A stretch of DNA of 64,000 bases from Myxococcota bacterium. GTDB taxonomy: Bacteria > Myxococcota_A > UBA796 > SXON01. The number at the start of each line of letters is the position of its first letter. The first letter of the stretch is position 1. Location: NCBI GenBank assembly GCA_040386535.1, contig JAZKFH010000055.1:32001-96000 (forward strand), written 5' to 3'. The position numbers and the translations under genes are program-made. The notes under the pieces are model-generated. The model saw nothing but the letters and a program-made list of their open reading frames with translations, made no database searches and was not told the origin of the DNA. This document shows positions 27,447 through 36,833 of this stretch, in pieces.

Positions 27447-28280
27447 CTACGTCCCGTTCGGGATCAGCAGAAGCACGAGCCGCGAGCCCCCGAGCTGCAG
27501 GACCGAGCCATGGCGCACGTCCACCTGCTCCCCGTGGATGGCCTGCCCATCCAGCACGCTGCCGTTGGTCGAGTGGTCGATGAACGTCGCGCGGTCCGGC
27601 TTGATGAAGAGGAAGCCGTGGTCGCCGCTGACGCGCCCGTCGTCCACCGACACGTCGCACTCGGGCCCGCGCCCGATCTTGTTGCGGCCAGCGCGGAGGG
27701 GGTGGACGCGACCGGGGTCCGATGGGCCGCGGTGCTCGATGAGCACGCCGCGGATCTGGGGGCTGGCGGCGGCGGGACCCGTCGACTCGATGATCGTGCC
27801 GTGCTTGCGAGGCGGAGCCGGGGGAGGCGACGCGTGAGGTGCCGCGTTTGGAGGCGCCGGGCGGGGGCGGACGGCCTGGCCGAATGGGTCGTCGCCGTTG
27901 TTGATCGGCGGGCGCGGCGGGAGGGGAGCTGCGAAAAAGTCAGGCTCACTCGGGGACGGCAGGCCCGGCGGCGGCGCGTACTCGGTGTGGCGCTTCTGCC
28001 CGCTCGACAGCGGGGGCGCGGCCGTCGGGTTCGAGGAAGGCGCGGCCGCCTGGTTCACGGGCGGCGGCGGCGGGAGCGCCGCAGTGGGCGGCGGGCGCGC
28101 CGGGCCGGGCTCGTACTGGGTGTGACGCTTCTGGGAGGGCGCTTGCCCGCCGGCGGGGACGGCAGATCCCTCGAACTGTGTGGCGCGCTTCGTCGCAGAG
28201 GAGAGCGGGTACCCGCACATCTCGCAGACCACGCGGTCGGGGGCGTTGTCATTCATACAATTCGAGCAGCGCACACGCAC
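27447..28280 (-). CDS. Zinc-ribbon / Pro-rich / FHA domain protein
   Basis: CSNC..CEMCG at the N-terminus; FHA motifs IGRG, VSGDHG, DHSTNGS and HGSVLQLG. Confidence 0.85.
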   Translation of the reverse strand: MRVRCSNCMNDNAPDRVVCEMCGYPLSSATKRATQFEGSAVPAGGQAPSQKRHTQYEPGPARPPPTAALPPPPPVNQAAAPSSNPTAAPPLSSGQKRHTEYAPPPGLPSPSEPDFFAAPLPPRPPINNGDDPFGQAVRPRPAPPNAAPHASPPPAPPRKHGTIIESTGPAAASPQIRGVLIEHRGPSDPGRVHPLRAGRNKIGRGPECDVSVDDGRVSGDHGFLFIKPDRATFIDHSTNGSVLDGQAIHGEQVDVRHGSVLQLGGSRLVLLLIPNGT

Positions 28281-28342
28281 TCCATCGGGCCGGCGGCGGA
28301 AGACTACACCATCCCGGACGTGCCGCGCGGTAGAGTCCCTGC

Positions 28343-30418
28343 GTGCCGCCGCTTACCCCAGAGCTCGACGATCGTTATGAGTCCATCGACGTACTCGAGG
28401 TCGCCGGCGCGACGACGCTCTACCGCGCCCGTCACCGCGTCCTGGGCGCCGACCACGTGCTCCGGGTGCTCCACGCAGCCGTCGGGGAGCGCGACGCCGA
28501 CCGTGCGCGGTTCCGGGAGCGTGCCCAAGCCCAGGCGTCCGTGCGCCACCCCGCCGTCGTGCGCGTGCACAATGTGTTCGACAGCCCCGAGATGCTCGCG
28601 CTCGCCGTCGACTACATCTCCAGCGAGGACGCCCGTACCCGCGTCGCCCGCGACGGTCCGCTCGCGCCAGTGCACGCCGCCGCCGTGGTCGCCGAGCTGG
28701 CCGATGCCCTGGAGGTGGCGCACGCGGCCGGGGTGGTGCACCACGAGCTCCATCCCGGGCTCGTGCTGTTCCCTACCGACGGCAGTCCGGCGCGCCTTGC
28801 GCACTTCAGCGCGCGCTACGTCACGACGCACGACGGGCCGGCGATCCCGTTCGCGAGCCCCGAGGAGCTCCTACGACCGGGCGATGGCGACGCGCGGGCG
28901 GACGTCTTCGCGCTGGGAGCCCTCCTCCACTTTCTGCTGACCGGCGCGCCTCCGTTCCCGATGGAGGCGCGCGAGGCTGCCTTGCAACGCCGGCTCGACG
29001 GCGCGGCGCCGGCGGCTTGGGGGGGAGATGCCGCCCTCGCGGCAATCCTGCGCGCGGCGATGGGGGAGCGTGTCATCCATCGCACCCCCACGGCGGCGGG
29101 CCTCGCCGCGGCGTTGCAGCGGTTCGTCGAGCGGACGGGGGGAGGAGCGACGCGCGCCGACACGCTGGTGCCGGCGCCAATTGGGGCCTCGCTTGGGAAC
29201 GGTGAGGAGGCGGGGCCGGCCGCCGCGGGGGGCTCGACACCTGCTGTCGCCTCTGGTCTCTCCGCGGTCCCGACTGCCGCGCCCACTGTGGCTCCCGTCG
29301 AAGCGACCGCCGCTACCACCGTCACGGTTCCCCGGCGCCCGACGCGCGCGACAGGACGCGGTCTGCCGCTGCTGCTCCTCGGCGGGCTCATCGGCTTCGG
29401 GTTCCTGGCATCGGTCGCCGCGGTCGTCGGCTGGCAGTCCTGGCAGGCGGGCGAGTCCCGTCGGGTCGCGGCCGAGGGGATGGCGGCTCTACAGCACTAC
29501 AAGACCGACCCTGCCGCGAACGCGGACCCCGACGTCGTGGACCGTGCCGCTCGCACCGCCGCCCGCGCCGTGGAGCACGCCGATACGCCTGAGGCGCTCG
29601 CAGCGAACGGCCTCGCGCGCGTCTGGGACGAGGGTTGGCACCACGCCAACGCGACCTGGGACGAGCAGAAATTCCTCGCGACGAGCGAGGTCGTCCGCGC
29701 CGCCGCCGCGACGGGCCGCGCGGAGGGTGTCTTCGCGCACGGCCTCCTTTCCGCGAACGCCTGCAAGATCCTCCCAATCGCCGACGTCCGGCGCCCCGCG
29801 CTCTGCGCCGCCGCCGAGCGCGACTACGCACAGGCCCGCACCCTCCTGGAGGCCGACCCCCGCGGCTGGCTCCGGTTCGAGCTCTGGTGGTCGCTCGCCG
29901 CGATGCACGGCCAGCGCGCGCTCGAGGCCGTCGTACGGGACGACGCCGCCGCGGCCCATGCCGCCCGGGTCGACGGCCTCGCGGTCTGCGAGCGCGCCCG
30001 CTCGGACCTCTTCGAGGCCCCGGTCAACGACTCGGAGCTGGGGCAGGAGTGTGTCCCCCTCGCGGGGGGCGCCGGCGACATCGACGCCTACCTCTGGTGG
30101 TCGGGCTGGCTCCAGGACGACGACCGCGCCGCCGACGGCAAGCTGTCCACCTTCAACGTGGAGCGCATTTACCGGGGTGCGCTCCCCGCCTGCGGCAAGC
30201 TCGTCGTCTCCAAGAGGAATCGCCGCCGCAAGAGCCTCCCGGAGACCGACAACACCGGCTCCAGCCAATTCTGCTACGCGGCGGGGCTCCTGGCGTTGGG
30301 CTGCGACGGGTCGGCCGCGCTCGTGGTCGCTTCGAATACGGCGATGTACCCTGAGCAGCCTTGGTTCAGGATCGGGGGGAAGGTGTCGGGGCGGGCGTGC
30401 TATCTGGACGAAATGTAG
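28343..30418 (+). CDS. Membrane pseudokinase with Cys-rich helical extracytoplasmic domain
   Basis: Kinase-fold residues are recognisable (RHPAVVRV, FASPEE, DARADVFALG), but catalytic motifs are altered: VLRVL for AxKVL, HHELHPGL for HRDLKPxN, AHFS for DFG. TM LLLLGGLIGFGFLASVAAVVGW. Confidence 0.75.
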   Translation: MPPLTPELDDRYESIDVLEVAGATTLYRARHRVLGADHVLRVLHAAVGERDADRARFRERAQAQASVRHPAVVRVHNVFDSPEMLALAVDYISSEDARTRVARDGPLAPVHAAAVVAELADALEVAHAAGVVHHELHPGLVLFPTDGSPARLAHFSARYVTTHDGPAIPFASPEELLRPGDGDARADVFALGALLHFLLTGAPPFPMEAREAALQRRLDGAAPAAWGGDAALAAILRAAMGERVIHRTPTAAGLAAALQRFVERTGGGATRADTLVPAPIGASLGNGEEAGPAAAGGSTPAVASGLSAVPTAAPTVAPVEATAATTVTVPRRPTRATGRGLPLLLLGGLIGFGFLASVAAVVGWQSWQAGESRRVAAEGMAALQHYKTDPAANADPDVVDRAARTAARAVEHADTPEALAANGLARVWDEGWHHANATWDEQKFLATSEVVRAAAATGRAEGVFAHGLLSANACKILPIADVRRPALCAAAERDYAQARTLLEADPRGWLRFELWWSLAAMHGQRALEAVVRDDAAAAHAARVDGLAVCERARSDLFEAPVNDSELGQECVPLAGGAGDIDAYLWWSGWLQDDDRAADGKLSTFNVERIYRGALPACGKLVVSKRNRRRKSLPETDNTGSSQFCYAAGLLALGCDGSAALVVASNTAMYPEQPWFRIGGKVSGRACYLDEM

Positions 30419-30468
30419 GGAGGTGGTGGGTCCCGTGATACGCGCGGCCAGTCCTTGGGGCCCCGTCG

Positions 30469-31572
30469 ATGTCGCTTCTGCCCGCCTCCGTTTCCCACCG
30501 CGCCCTGTGGGTGCCGCCCGTTCTCGCGATCCTGGCCTGCTCGGGTGGCGGCACGCCCGATCCCACGATGACGCCTGCCGTGCCCGCTGCGAACGTCCCG
30601 GTGGTCGCGCCGACCTCGACCGTGGCCCCCGCCGTAGCGCCGGTCGCGCCTGCGGGGCCTGCGATCGATCGGATCCGGCAGCGTGGCGAGATCCTCGTCG
30701 GGATGGACACTGGGGAGCCCGCGGGCGCCGGCACGCCGCCGATGTACTTCCTCGACGCCGCCGGCAAGCCGGATGGGTTCGACTACCAGGTGGCACGTTG
30801 GGTCGCGACCGCGATTGGGGTGCCCAACGTGCGCGTCGTCCACGGGAAGTATTCGGAGCTGCCCGAGTTGCTCGTGGACAAGCAGCAGTTCGACCTCATC
30901 GTGTCGGGTTACACGCCCGCGCCGACCGACGGGGTCGCCTGGTCGGACGGCTACCTCGACTTCGGGCTCTGCCTGGTGGTGCCCTCCAAATCGGACGTAC
31001 GGACCGTTGCCGACTTGTGGGGCAAGGACGTGGGTATCTTCGACGATGATGCCGCGGCGGAGGCGGTGGAGACCATGGCCAAGGGGTACACGAGCCTGGT
31101 GCGTATGGAGGACGGGTATTGGGACGCCCTTTCGGCCGGAAAGGTCGCCGGCTTCATCTACGACTACCCATACGCCGTGGCGGAGCTCGCGGAGTGGTAC
31201 GGGGACAACCCAAAGAAGGCGGGCACGTTTCGTATCGCCCAGTACAACCTGACGGACTCGACCTACGCCGCGGGTGTGCGTGCGAGTGAGCCGGAGCTGC
31301 TCGCCGCGGTGAACGAGGGCCTGGCGCGTTTCCGCAGCTCGGACGACTACGCGACCGCCGTTCGCAGCTACCTCTCCGGGGGGGACAAGAGCGAGGCACC
31401 CAAGGACAAGGGCCGCGTCTACACCGTGCAGAAGGGGGACACCCTGAGCAAGATCGCGGCACGCGAGCTCGGGGGGGCCAAGCGTTGGAAGGACATCTGG
31501 GCGCTCAACAAGTCCCGGTTCCCGAACCCGAACCTCATCGAGGTCAACGACCAGGTGGTGTTGCCGAGCTGA
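30469..31572 (+). CDS. Lipoprotein: family-3 solute-binding domain plus C-terminal LysM
   Basis: Lipobox ILAC; IDRIRQRGEILVG..DGFDYQVA; LysM YTVQKGDTLSKIA...IWALNK...NPNLIEVNDQVVLP. Confidence 0.88.
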   Translation: MSLLPASVSHRALWVPPVLAILACSGGGTPDPTMTPAVPAANVPVVAPTSTVAPAVAPVAPAGPAIDRIRQRGEILVGMDTGEPAGAGTPPMYFLDAAGKPDGFDYQVARWVATAIGVPNVRVVHGKYSELPELLVDKQQFDLIVSGYTPAPTDGVAWSDGYLDFGLCLVVPSKSDVRTVADLWGKDVGIFDDDAAAEAVETMAKGYTSLVRMEDGYWDALSAGKVAGFIYDYPYAVAELAEWYGDNPKKAGTFRIAQYNLTDSTYAAGVRASEPELLAAVNEGLARFRSSDDYATAVRSYLSGGDKSEAPKDKGRVYTVQKGDTLSKIAARELGGAKRWKDIWALNKSRFPNPNLIEVNDQVVLPS

Positions 31573-33538
31573 CGGGGCGGACGAGCCGCAGCCCGATGCT
31601 CGAGCTGCGCGTCGTCGGGAGCGCGGCTCGACGGTAGGCCACCCGCTGGGCGCGCGCTGTGGCGTTCCAACTGCCGCCACGGTGGATCCGGGTCTCGCCG
31701 TCGTTGGCACCCACCGGATCGGTGGCGAGGTCCGCAGGGTAGTCCGCGTAGGCGTCCCAGGTCCACTCGCTGACGTTGCCGCTCATGTCGTACAGTCCGA
31801 GTCCATTTGGTCGAAGCGCGCCGACGGGGTGCGCCGCTCCGGCTGACGTGCGGTCGTACCAGGCGACCTCTCCGACCTGCGTCGACCCGGCGAACGCGTC
31901 CGGTGCGCTGCCCCCAGTGGCATCGGCCCGGGCCGCCGCCTCCCACTCGGCTTCGGTGGGCAATCGATAACCGTCGGCGTTTGGTCGCAGGACCACCGGG
32001 GGCCCCAGCACGTACGCAGGAACGAGCCCCTCGCGCGTGGAGAGGCGGTTGCAGAAGTCGACGGCCTCGTACCAGGTGACTCCCTCGACGGGTCGGTCGG
32101 CCGCGACGTGGGCACTCGGGTTGGTGCCCATCACGTCGGCCCAGAGGGCCTGATCGACCTCGTGGACGCCGACGAGCAGGGAGCCGGTGAGCGCGACCGG
32201 ATGCGGCGTCTCGTCCTTCCAACGCTCGGCTTCGGCCGGAGGCGACCCCATGGTGAAGCGGCGCGGGGAGAGCGACACCATGGGGTAGCGCGCGGTGAGT
32301 GGAGCAGACGGGGTCAGGGCGGCGGTCGAGACGGGTACTTCCACGCTTGGGAGAGGCGTCGCGACGACCGGGTTGGTGTCGGAGCCGAGGGCCGCGAGAT
32401 AGAGGAAAGTCGCGACGATTCCGACTGCGCCGAGCGCCACCGCGCCGAGGAGAAGGTAGTAGACCGCGGATCGGCTTGGCGACGCCTTCCCCATCACCGC
32501 CGGTTTCGCGATGGGCGGCGCTTGCGACTTGACGGGTGTGGCCTGGGTCGCGACCGGCGGAGTTGGTGCCACGATGGGCGCGGGAGGTTCCGGCACGACC
32601 GACGGTCCGCGCCCGGGATCCGTGGCTTCGTCGTCCGAGAGGTCATCCGCGGCGACGAGCGCTCTCTCGAGCGCAATGTGCAGCGAGCCGCACGAGGGAA
32701 ATCGCGCGGAGGGCGAGAGCGCGAGCGCGCGGCGGAGGAGATCGCATACGCCGGGCGAGAGGCCGGGGATGTGGGCTTCGGGGGGGTGAAATGCGCCCGA
32801 GACGATGTTGCGCATCGTGTCGTACTCGGTGTCGGCCTCGAACGGGAGGTGCCCGGTGAGGAGCTCGTAGAGCAGGACGCCGATGGCCCAGGTGTCGGTC
32901 TCCGGGCCCACGTCGTCGCCTCCGCGCACCTGCTCGGGGCTCATGTAGTGCAACGTGCCGACGCGAAGTCCGTCGTCCATGCGTTGCTTTCCCGTCGCCA
33001 GGGCGCTCCCCACGATGACCTTGGCAATGCCGAAGTCCGTGACCATCGGGCGCAGGCGCCCTGGCCCCCTGGACGTGGCCGCGTCCCGCGCGAGCAGCAC
33101 GTTCTCCGGCTTCAGGTCTCTGTGAATGATGCCGGCGCGATGCGCAACGTCCACGGCGTCGAGGACGGGGAGCAGCACCTCGAGGGCCTCGGAGAGGGTC
33201 ATCCGGCGGCCCAGCGTCTCGAGGTGGCCTCGCAGCGACGGGCCCTCTACCAACTCCATCACGAGCCCGGACACGGGAGTGGTGAGGATGTCGGTGGCGC
33301 CGACGAGGTGTGGGTGGCGGAGCTGGGCCTGAATGCGACCCTCGGCCAGGAACCGAGCCCGAACATCCTCGATTTGCGCGTAGCGTTCATCGAGCACCTT
33401 CACCGCGTGAAGGCTTCGGAGCGCAACGTGACGAACACTGTAGACGCGTGCAAACGTGCCACTGCCGACGAGCTCGATCACCTCGTATCGTCCTTCCAGG
33501 AGAGCGCCGGGGGTCAGCAGAGTCAGAACGACGTCCAC
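31544..33538 (-). CDS. Ser/Thr kinase-TM-FGE/SUMF1 (sulfatase-modifying factor-like) protein
   Basis: Likely GTG start 33538. HRDLKPEN and DFGIAK motifs, a TM helix, then FTMGSP, YRLPTEAEWEAAAR, NGLGLYDMSGNVSEW and RGGSW. Confidence 0.88.
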   Translation of the reverse strand: MDVVLTLLTPGALLEGRYEVIELVGSGTFARVYSVRHVALRSLHAVKVLDERYAQIEDVRARFLAEGRIQAQLRHPHLVGATDILTTPVSGLVMELVEGPSLRGHLETLGRRMTLSEALEVLLPVLDAVDVAHRAGIIHRDLKPENVLLARDAATSRGPGRLRPMVTDFGIAKVIVGSALATGKQRMDDGLRVGTLHYMSPEQVRGGDDVGPETDTWAIGVLLYELLTGHLPFEADTEYDTMRNIVSGAFHPPEAHIPGLSPGVCDLLRRALALSPSARFPSCGSLHIALERALVAADDLSDDEATDPGRGPSVVPEPPAPIVAPTPPVATQATPVKSQAPPIAKPAVMGKASPSRSAVYYLLLGAVALGAVGIVATFLYLAALGSDTNPVVATPLPSVEVPVSTAALTPSAPLTARYPMVSLSPRRFTMGSPPAEAERWKDETPHPVALTGSLLVGVHEVDQALWADVMGTNPSAHVAADRPVEGVTWYEAVDFCNRLSTREGLVPAYVLGPPVVLRPNADGYRLPTEAEWEAAARADATGGSAPDAFAGSTQVGEVAWYDRTSAGAAHPVGALRPNGLGLYDMSGNVSEWTWDAYADYPADLATDPVGANDGETRIHRGGSWNATARAQRVAYRRAALPTTRSSSIGLRLVRPVSSATPPGR

Positions 33539-34761
33539 GCGCCGACCGGCGTACCACGCTTGCGACGAACCGCTACGCCCCATCCATCGGCCGCCAGGAG
33601 CGGCGCGCTGACGAACCAACTCAAGCCGCCGCTGGCGCAGGTGACCGTCGACACCAGCGCCATGAGCACGAGCCCCTTTCCGGCCTGCCCATTGTAGAGC
33701 TGACCAACCCCCGGGATGCAGACCAGCCCCAGAAGCGCGGCGAGCAACGGCGACGAGGTCCTGTCGGGTCGGAGCGTAGGCGCCGTGACGGGGACTCTCG
33801 CGGCGGTGGATGCGACCGGCGCTGCGCCGACCGGCACCACCCCCACCGGCTCTGGGAGGCGCGTCACCGCGACGGACAGCGACGGCCGCTCCGGGAGCGG
33901 GGCGCCAGGAGTGGTGGCGAGCGCCAGGGCCTTCCGGAAGTCGTCGCAAGTGGCGAATCGCTCGCCGGGGTCGACCGCGAGCGCCTTGCGGATGCACGCG
34001 GCCACCACGGGGGGAAGCCCGCCGATGAGGCGCTCCGGCGGCGCGAACTGGCCCTCCACGATGTTCTTCATCGTGTCGAACTCCGAGTCCGCGGCGAACG
34101 CGACGCGGCCCGTGACGACCTCGTACAGGATGGCGCCCAGCGCGAAGATGTCCGAGCGCGCGTCGAGGTCGACGCTCCCGCGCACCTGCTCGGGGCTCAT
34201 GTAGAGGAGCGTCCCCATGCGCATCCCCGCCTCGGTCTTGCGCTTCCCGAAGCGCGCGGCGTCGGCGCCGGTGATCTTCGCGATGCCGAAGTCGGCCACC
34301 ATCGGGCGCGGGCGGCCCCGGCTGTCCTGGCTGACGATGATGTTCTCGGGTTTCAGGTCACGGTGAACGATCCCGAGCGCGTGCGCGGCGCCGACGGCGT
34401 CGAGAACCGGCAGAAGGAGGTCGAGCACCAGGGGCAGGGGCGGCGGGCCCCCGTGCGCCTGCACGAAGCCGTCGAGCGTCGGCCCCTCGACGTACTCCAT
34501 CACCAGGCCCGCCACGGGCTGCGTGACGATGTCGGTCACCGGCACGATGTTCGGGTGGCGCAGCTGCGCCTGGATGCGGCCCTCCGCGAGGAAGCGGTTC
34601 CGCAGGTCCGGATCGGCGGCGAGCGTGTCGTCGAGCACCTTCAACGCGTGCTGGCTCAGCAGCGCGACATGCCGCACGAGGTACACGGACGCCATCGCGC
34701 CGCGGCCGATGGGTCGGACGATCTCGTAGCGGTTCTCGAGGAGGGTGCCGGGGGGGAGCAT
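33523..34761 (-). CDS. Ser/Thr kinase with C-terminal TM2-like membrane hairpin
   Basis: ATG 34761 (MLPPGTLLENRY). HRDLKPEN and DFGIAK motifs; C-terminal AALLGLVCIPGVGQLYNGQAGKG. Confidence 0.87.
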   Translation of the reverse strand: MLPPGTLLENRYEIVRPIGRGAMASVYLVRHVALLSQHALKVLDDTLAADPDLRNRFLAEGRIQAQLRHPNIVPVTDIVTQPVAGLVMEYVEGPTLDGFVQAHGGPPPLPLVLDLLLPVLDAVGAAHALGIVHRDLKPENIIVSQDSRGRPRPMVADFGIAKITGADAARFGKRKTEAGMRMGTLLYMSPEQVRGSVDLDARSDIFALGAILYEVVTGRVAFAADSEFDTMKNIVEGQFAPPERLIGGLPPVVAACIRKALAVDPGERFATCDDFRKALALATTPGAPLPERPSLSVAVTRLPEPVGVVPVGAAPVASTAARVPVTAPTLRPDRTSSPLLAALLGLVCIPGVGQLYNGQAGKGLVLMALVSTVTCASGGLSWFVSAPLLAADGWGVAVRRKRGTPVGAWTSF

Positions 34762-34793
34762 GAGGGGCGGCCACTGTACCACTGGGGGAGGGG

Positions 34794-36785
34794 CTACCAG
34801 CTCCCTCCACCGAAGCGATAGGTCTTCTTGATGGGCTGTGCCTTCACGATCGGCTGAAACTGCCAGGCGGTGACTTGTCTGGCCATGCAGGCTTCGAGCT
34901 CGGCGTCGGACCCGTTCACGCCCGACACGTGCACCGACGTCGTGGCTCCGTCCTTGGCGATCGTGAAGGACACCTCCCAGGCGCCCTTCAGGCCCTCCAC
35001 CTGTTTCAACCGCTCGTTGTAGCAGCCCTGGAGCTGCGGCGAGGATGCGTTGATCACGGCCTTTGCCATGGCAATGATCTCGTCGTTGTCCGTGAGGCCC
35101 CCCGTCGGTGGGTGGTCTTCCCGCGGTGCGGGCCCGGGAACCACGCGAATCGGCGGATCGCTGCCCTGTCCGGCTGGTCTCGTTTTCTCCCGGGGCCGGG
35201 TGAGCGGGGGTTTCTCCCTCGGGGCCGGCGCGGCGGGCTCGACCGCGGGGGCAGCAGGGCTCGGCGCCTTTGGCCGGGCCGGCATGATCGAGGGCGCCGT
35301 CGCGGGGACCACTGGGGCGTCGGGGTACCCGTACAGCGAGGAAACGCCTGACCCGAGGCAGACCAGGAACCCCACGAGCGTGGCCACTCCGGCAAGCGTC
35401 GGGGCGGCGCCGCCGGACTTGTCACGCGAAGCGTTGGAGGTGGGCGAGCTCACCGGTCCCATCCCACCAAACGCTACGGGCATCCCTATCCAACGCGCGG
35501 TGACGTCCTTGCCCGTCCAATGGCGTCCGTTCGGGGCGCGAGCCTTCGCCCGCGGTGCTTTGTTGATGAACTCGGCCACCTGGCTCGGCGTCGTCACCCG
35601 GGGGGGGAGCACGCGGGCGACGGACGCCCAGAAGTCGGCCGAGGTCGTGGTGTGCACGTAGGGGTCGGTCGCCTCGGGGGCCGCGGGCGGGGCTTCAGGA
35701 GAAGCCGCGAGTGCCCCGCCATGTTGCCCCGATGTGTGCAGCAGCCTCGCGTAGGCCGAAGCGGTTTCCGGCTTGGGGTCAACGGTGCGTATGGTAGCAG
35801 TTCCGGGGTAGCCGCGACGGGTATCCACCGCGGACGCGACCGCGGCACCTTGGACCCGCTCGACAATCGTTGGGGCAACAGGACGGACTGGCCTCGATGC
35901 GGGCACCGCCGTCACCTCGGACGTAGGGGCAGTCGCTCGCGTTTTTGGCGTCCCCCCGAGCACGGCGGCCAACTCCGCACAGCTCCCGATCCGCGCGTCC
36001 CGATCCGGCTCCAGGCACCCCGCGATCGCGGCGCGCCAGGCTCCGGGCACGTCCGCGCGCTCCGTCTCCACCCGCGCCCACCGCCCCGCCTGGATCGCCG
36101 AGTACGTCGTGAACATGCTCGGGTAATCAAACGCCGCCCGCCCCATCAGCATCTCGTAGAGGATGCAGCCGAGCGCGAACACGTCCGCGCGGGCGTCGAC
36201 CCCCTTCGCGTCGTCGTATTGCTCCGGCGACATGTACTGCGGCGTGCCCATCATCATCCCGGTGCGGGTGCGCCCCTTCGGCGTGTCGTCGTCGGCGAGC
36301 ACCTTCGCGATGCCGAAGTCGCTCACCCGCGGCACCGGCACGGACCCCGACACGTCGAGGAGCACGTTGGCCGGCTTCAGATCGCGGTGCACCAGCCCGC
36401 GCGCGTGCGCCGCCCCCACTCCGGAAAGGATCCCCCGGAAGATCGCCTCGACTTCCGCGACGGGCAGCGGCCCGCGCTGTCCGATCCACGCCTCCAGCGT
36501 CGGCCCGTCGACGAATTCCATGAGCAGCGCGGGCGCCCCGTCCACGTCCAACACGTCGGTCACGGCGACGAGGTTCGGATGCCGGAGGCCCGCCTGGATC
36601 CGTCCTTCCAACACCAGCCGGTCGCGCACCTGTGGCGCCGCCGTGGTGAGCACCTTGAGCGCATGCAGCGTGTTCAGCGTTCGATGGCGCACCCGGTACA
36701 CCGCGGCCATGCCCCCGCCCCCGAGGAGTTCCTCCACGACGTAGCGATCGATGATTTGTCCGGCGGGCAACACGGCGTCGAGCAT
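34794..36785 (-). CDS. Ser/Thr kinase-TM-AgmX/PglI C-terminal (TonB_C-like) domain protein
   Basis: HRDLKPAN, DFGIAK and GTPQYMSPEQ motifs, a TM helix, then LQGCYNERLK...GAWEVSFTIAKDG...LEACMARQVTAWQF. Confidence 0.87.
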   Translation of the reverse strand: MLDAVLPAGQIIDRYVVEELLGGGGMAAVYRVRHRTLNTLHALKVLTTAAPQVRDRLVLEGRIQAGLRHPNLVAVTDVLDVDGAPALLMEFVDGPTLEAWIGQRGPLPVAEVEAIFRGILSGVGAAHARGLVHRDLKPANVLLDVSGSVPVPRVSDFGIAKVLADDDTPKGRTRTGMMMGTPQYMSPEQYDDAKGVDARADVFALGCILYEMLMGRAAFDYPSMFTTYSAIQAGRWARVETERADVPGAWRAAIAGCLEPDRDARIGSCAELAAVLGGTPKTRATAPTSEVTAVPASRPVRPVAPTIVERVQGAAVASAVDTRRGYPGTATIRTVDPKPETASAYARLLHTSGQHGGALAASPEAPPAAPEATDPYVHTTTSADFWASVARVLPPRVTTPSQVAEFINKAPRAKARAPNGRHWTGKDVTARWIGMPVAFGGMGPVSSPTSNASRDKSGGAAPTLAGVATLVGFLVCLGSGVSSLYGYPDAPVVPATAPSIMPARPKAPSPAAPAVEPAAPAPREKPPLTRPREKTRPAGQGSDPPIRVVPGPAPREDHPPTGGLTDNDEIIAMAKAVINASSPQLQGCYNERLKQVEGLKGAWEVSFTIAKDGATTSVHVSGVNGSDAELEACMARQVTAWQFQPIVKAQPIKKTYRFGGGSW

Positions 36786-36833
36786 ACCCCGTGCTCCGGT
36801 GCGGAGTTCACCGCGCGGACACGGTCGTGGAAA

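Noticed and set aside
24282..28280. Type VI secretion regulatory module (Fha/PppA/PpkA)
   Set aside because: No T6SS structural genes (tssB/C, hcp, vgrG, tssM) are present in the window.
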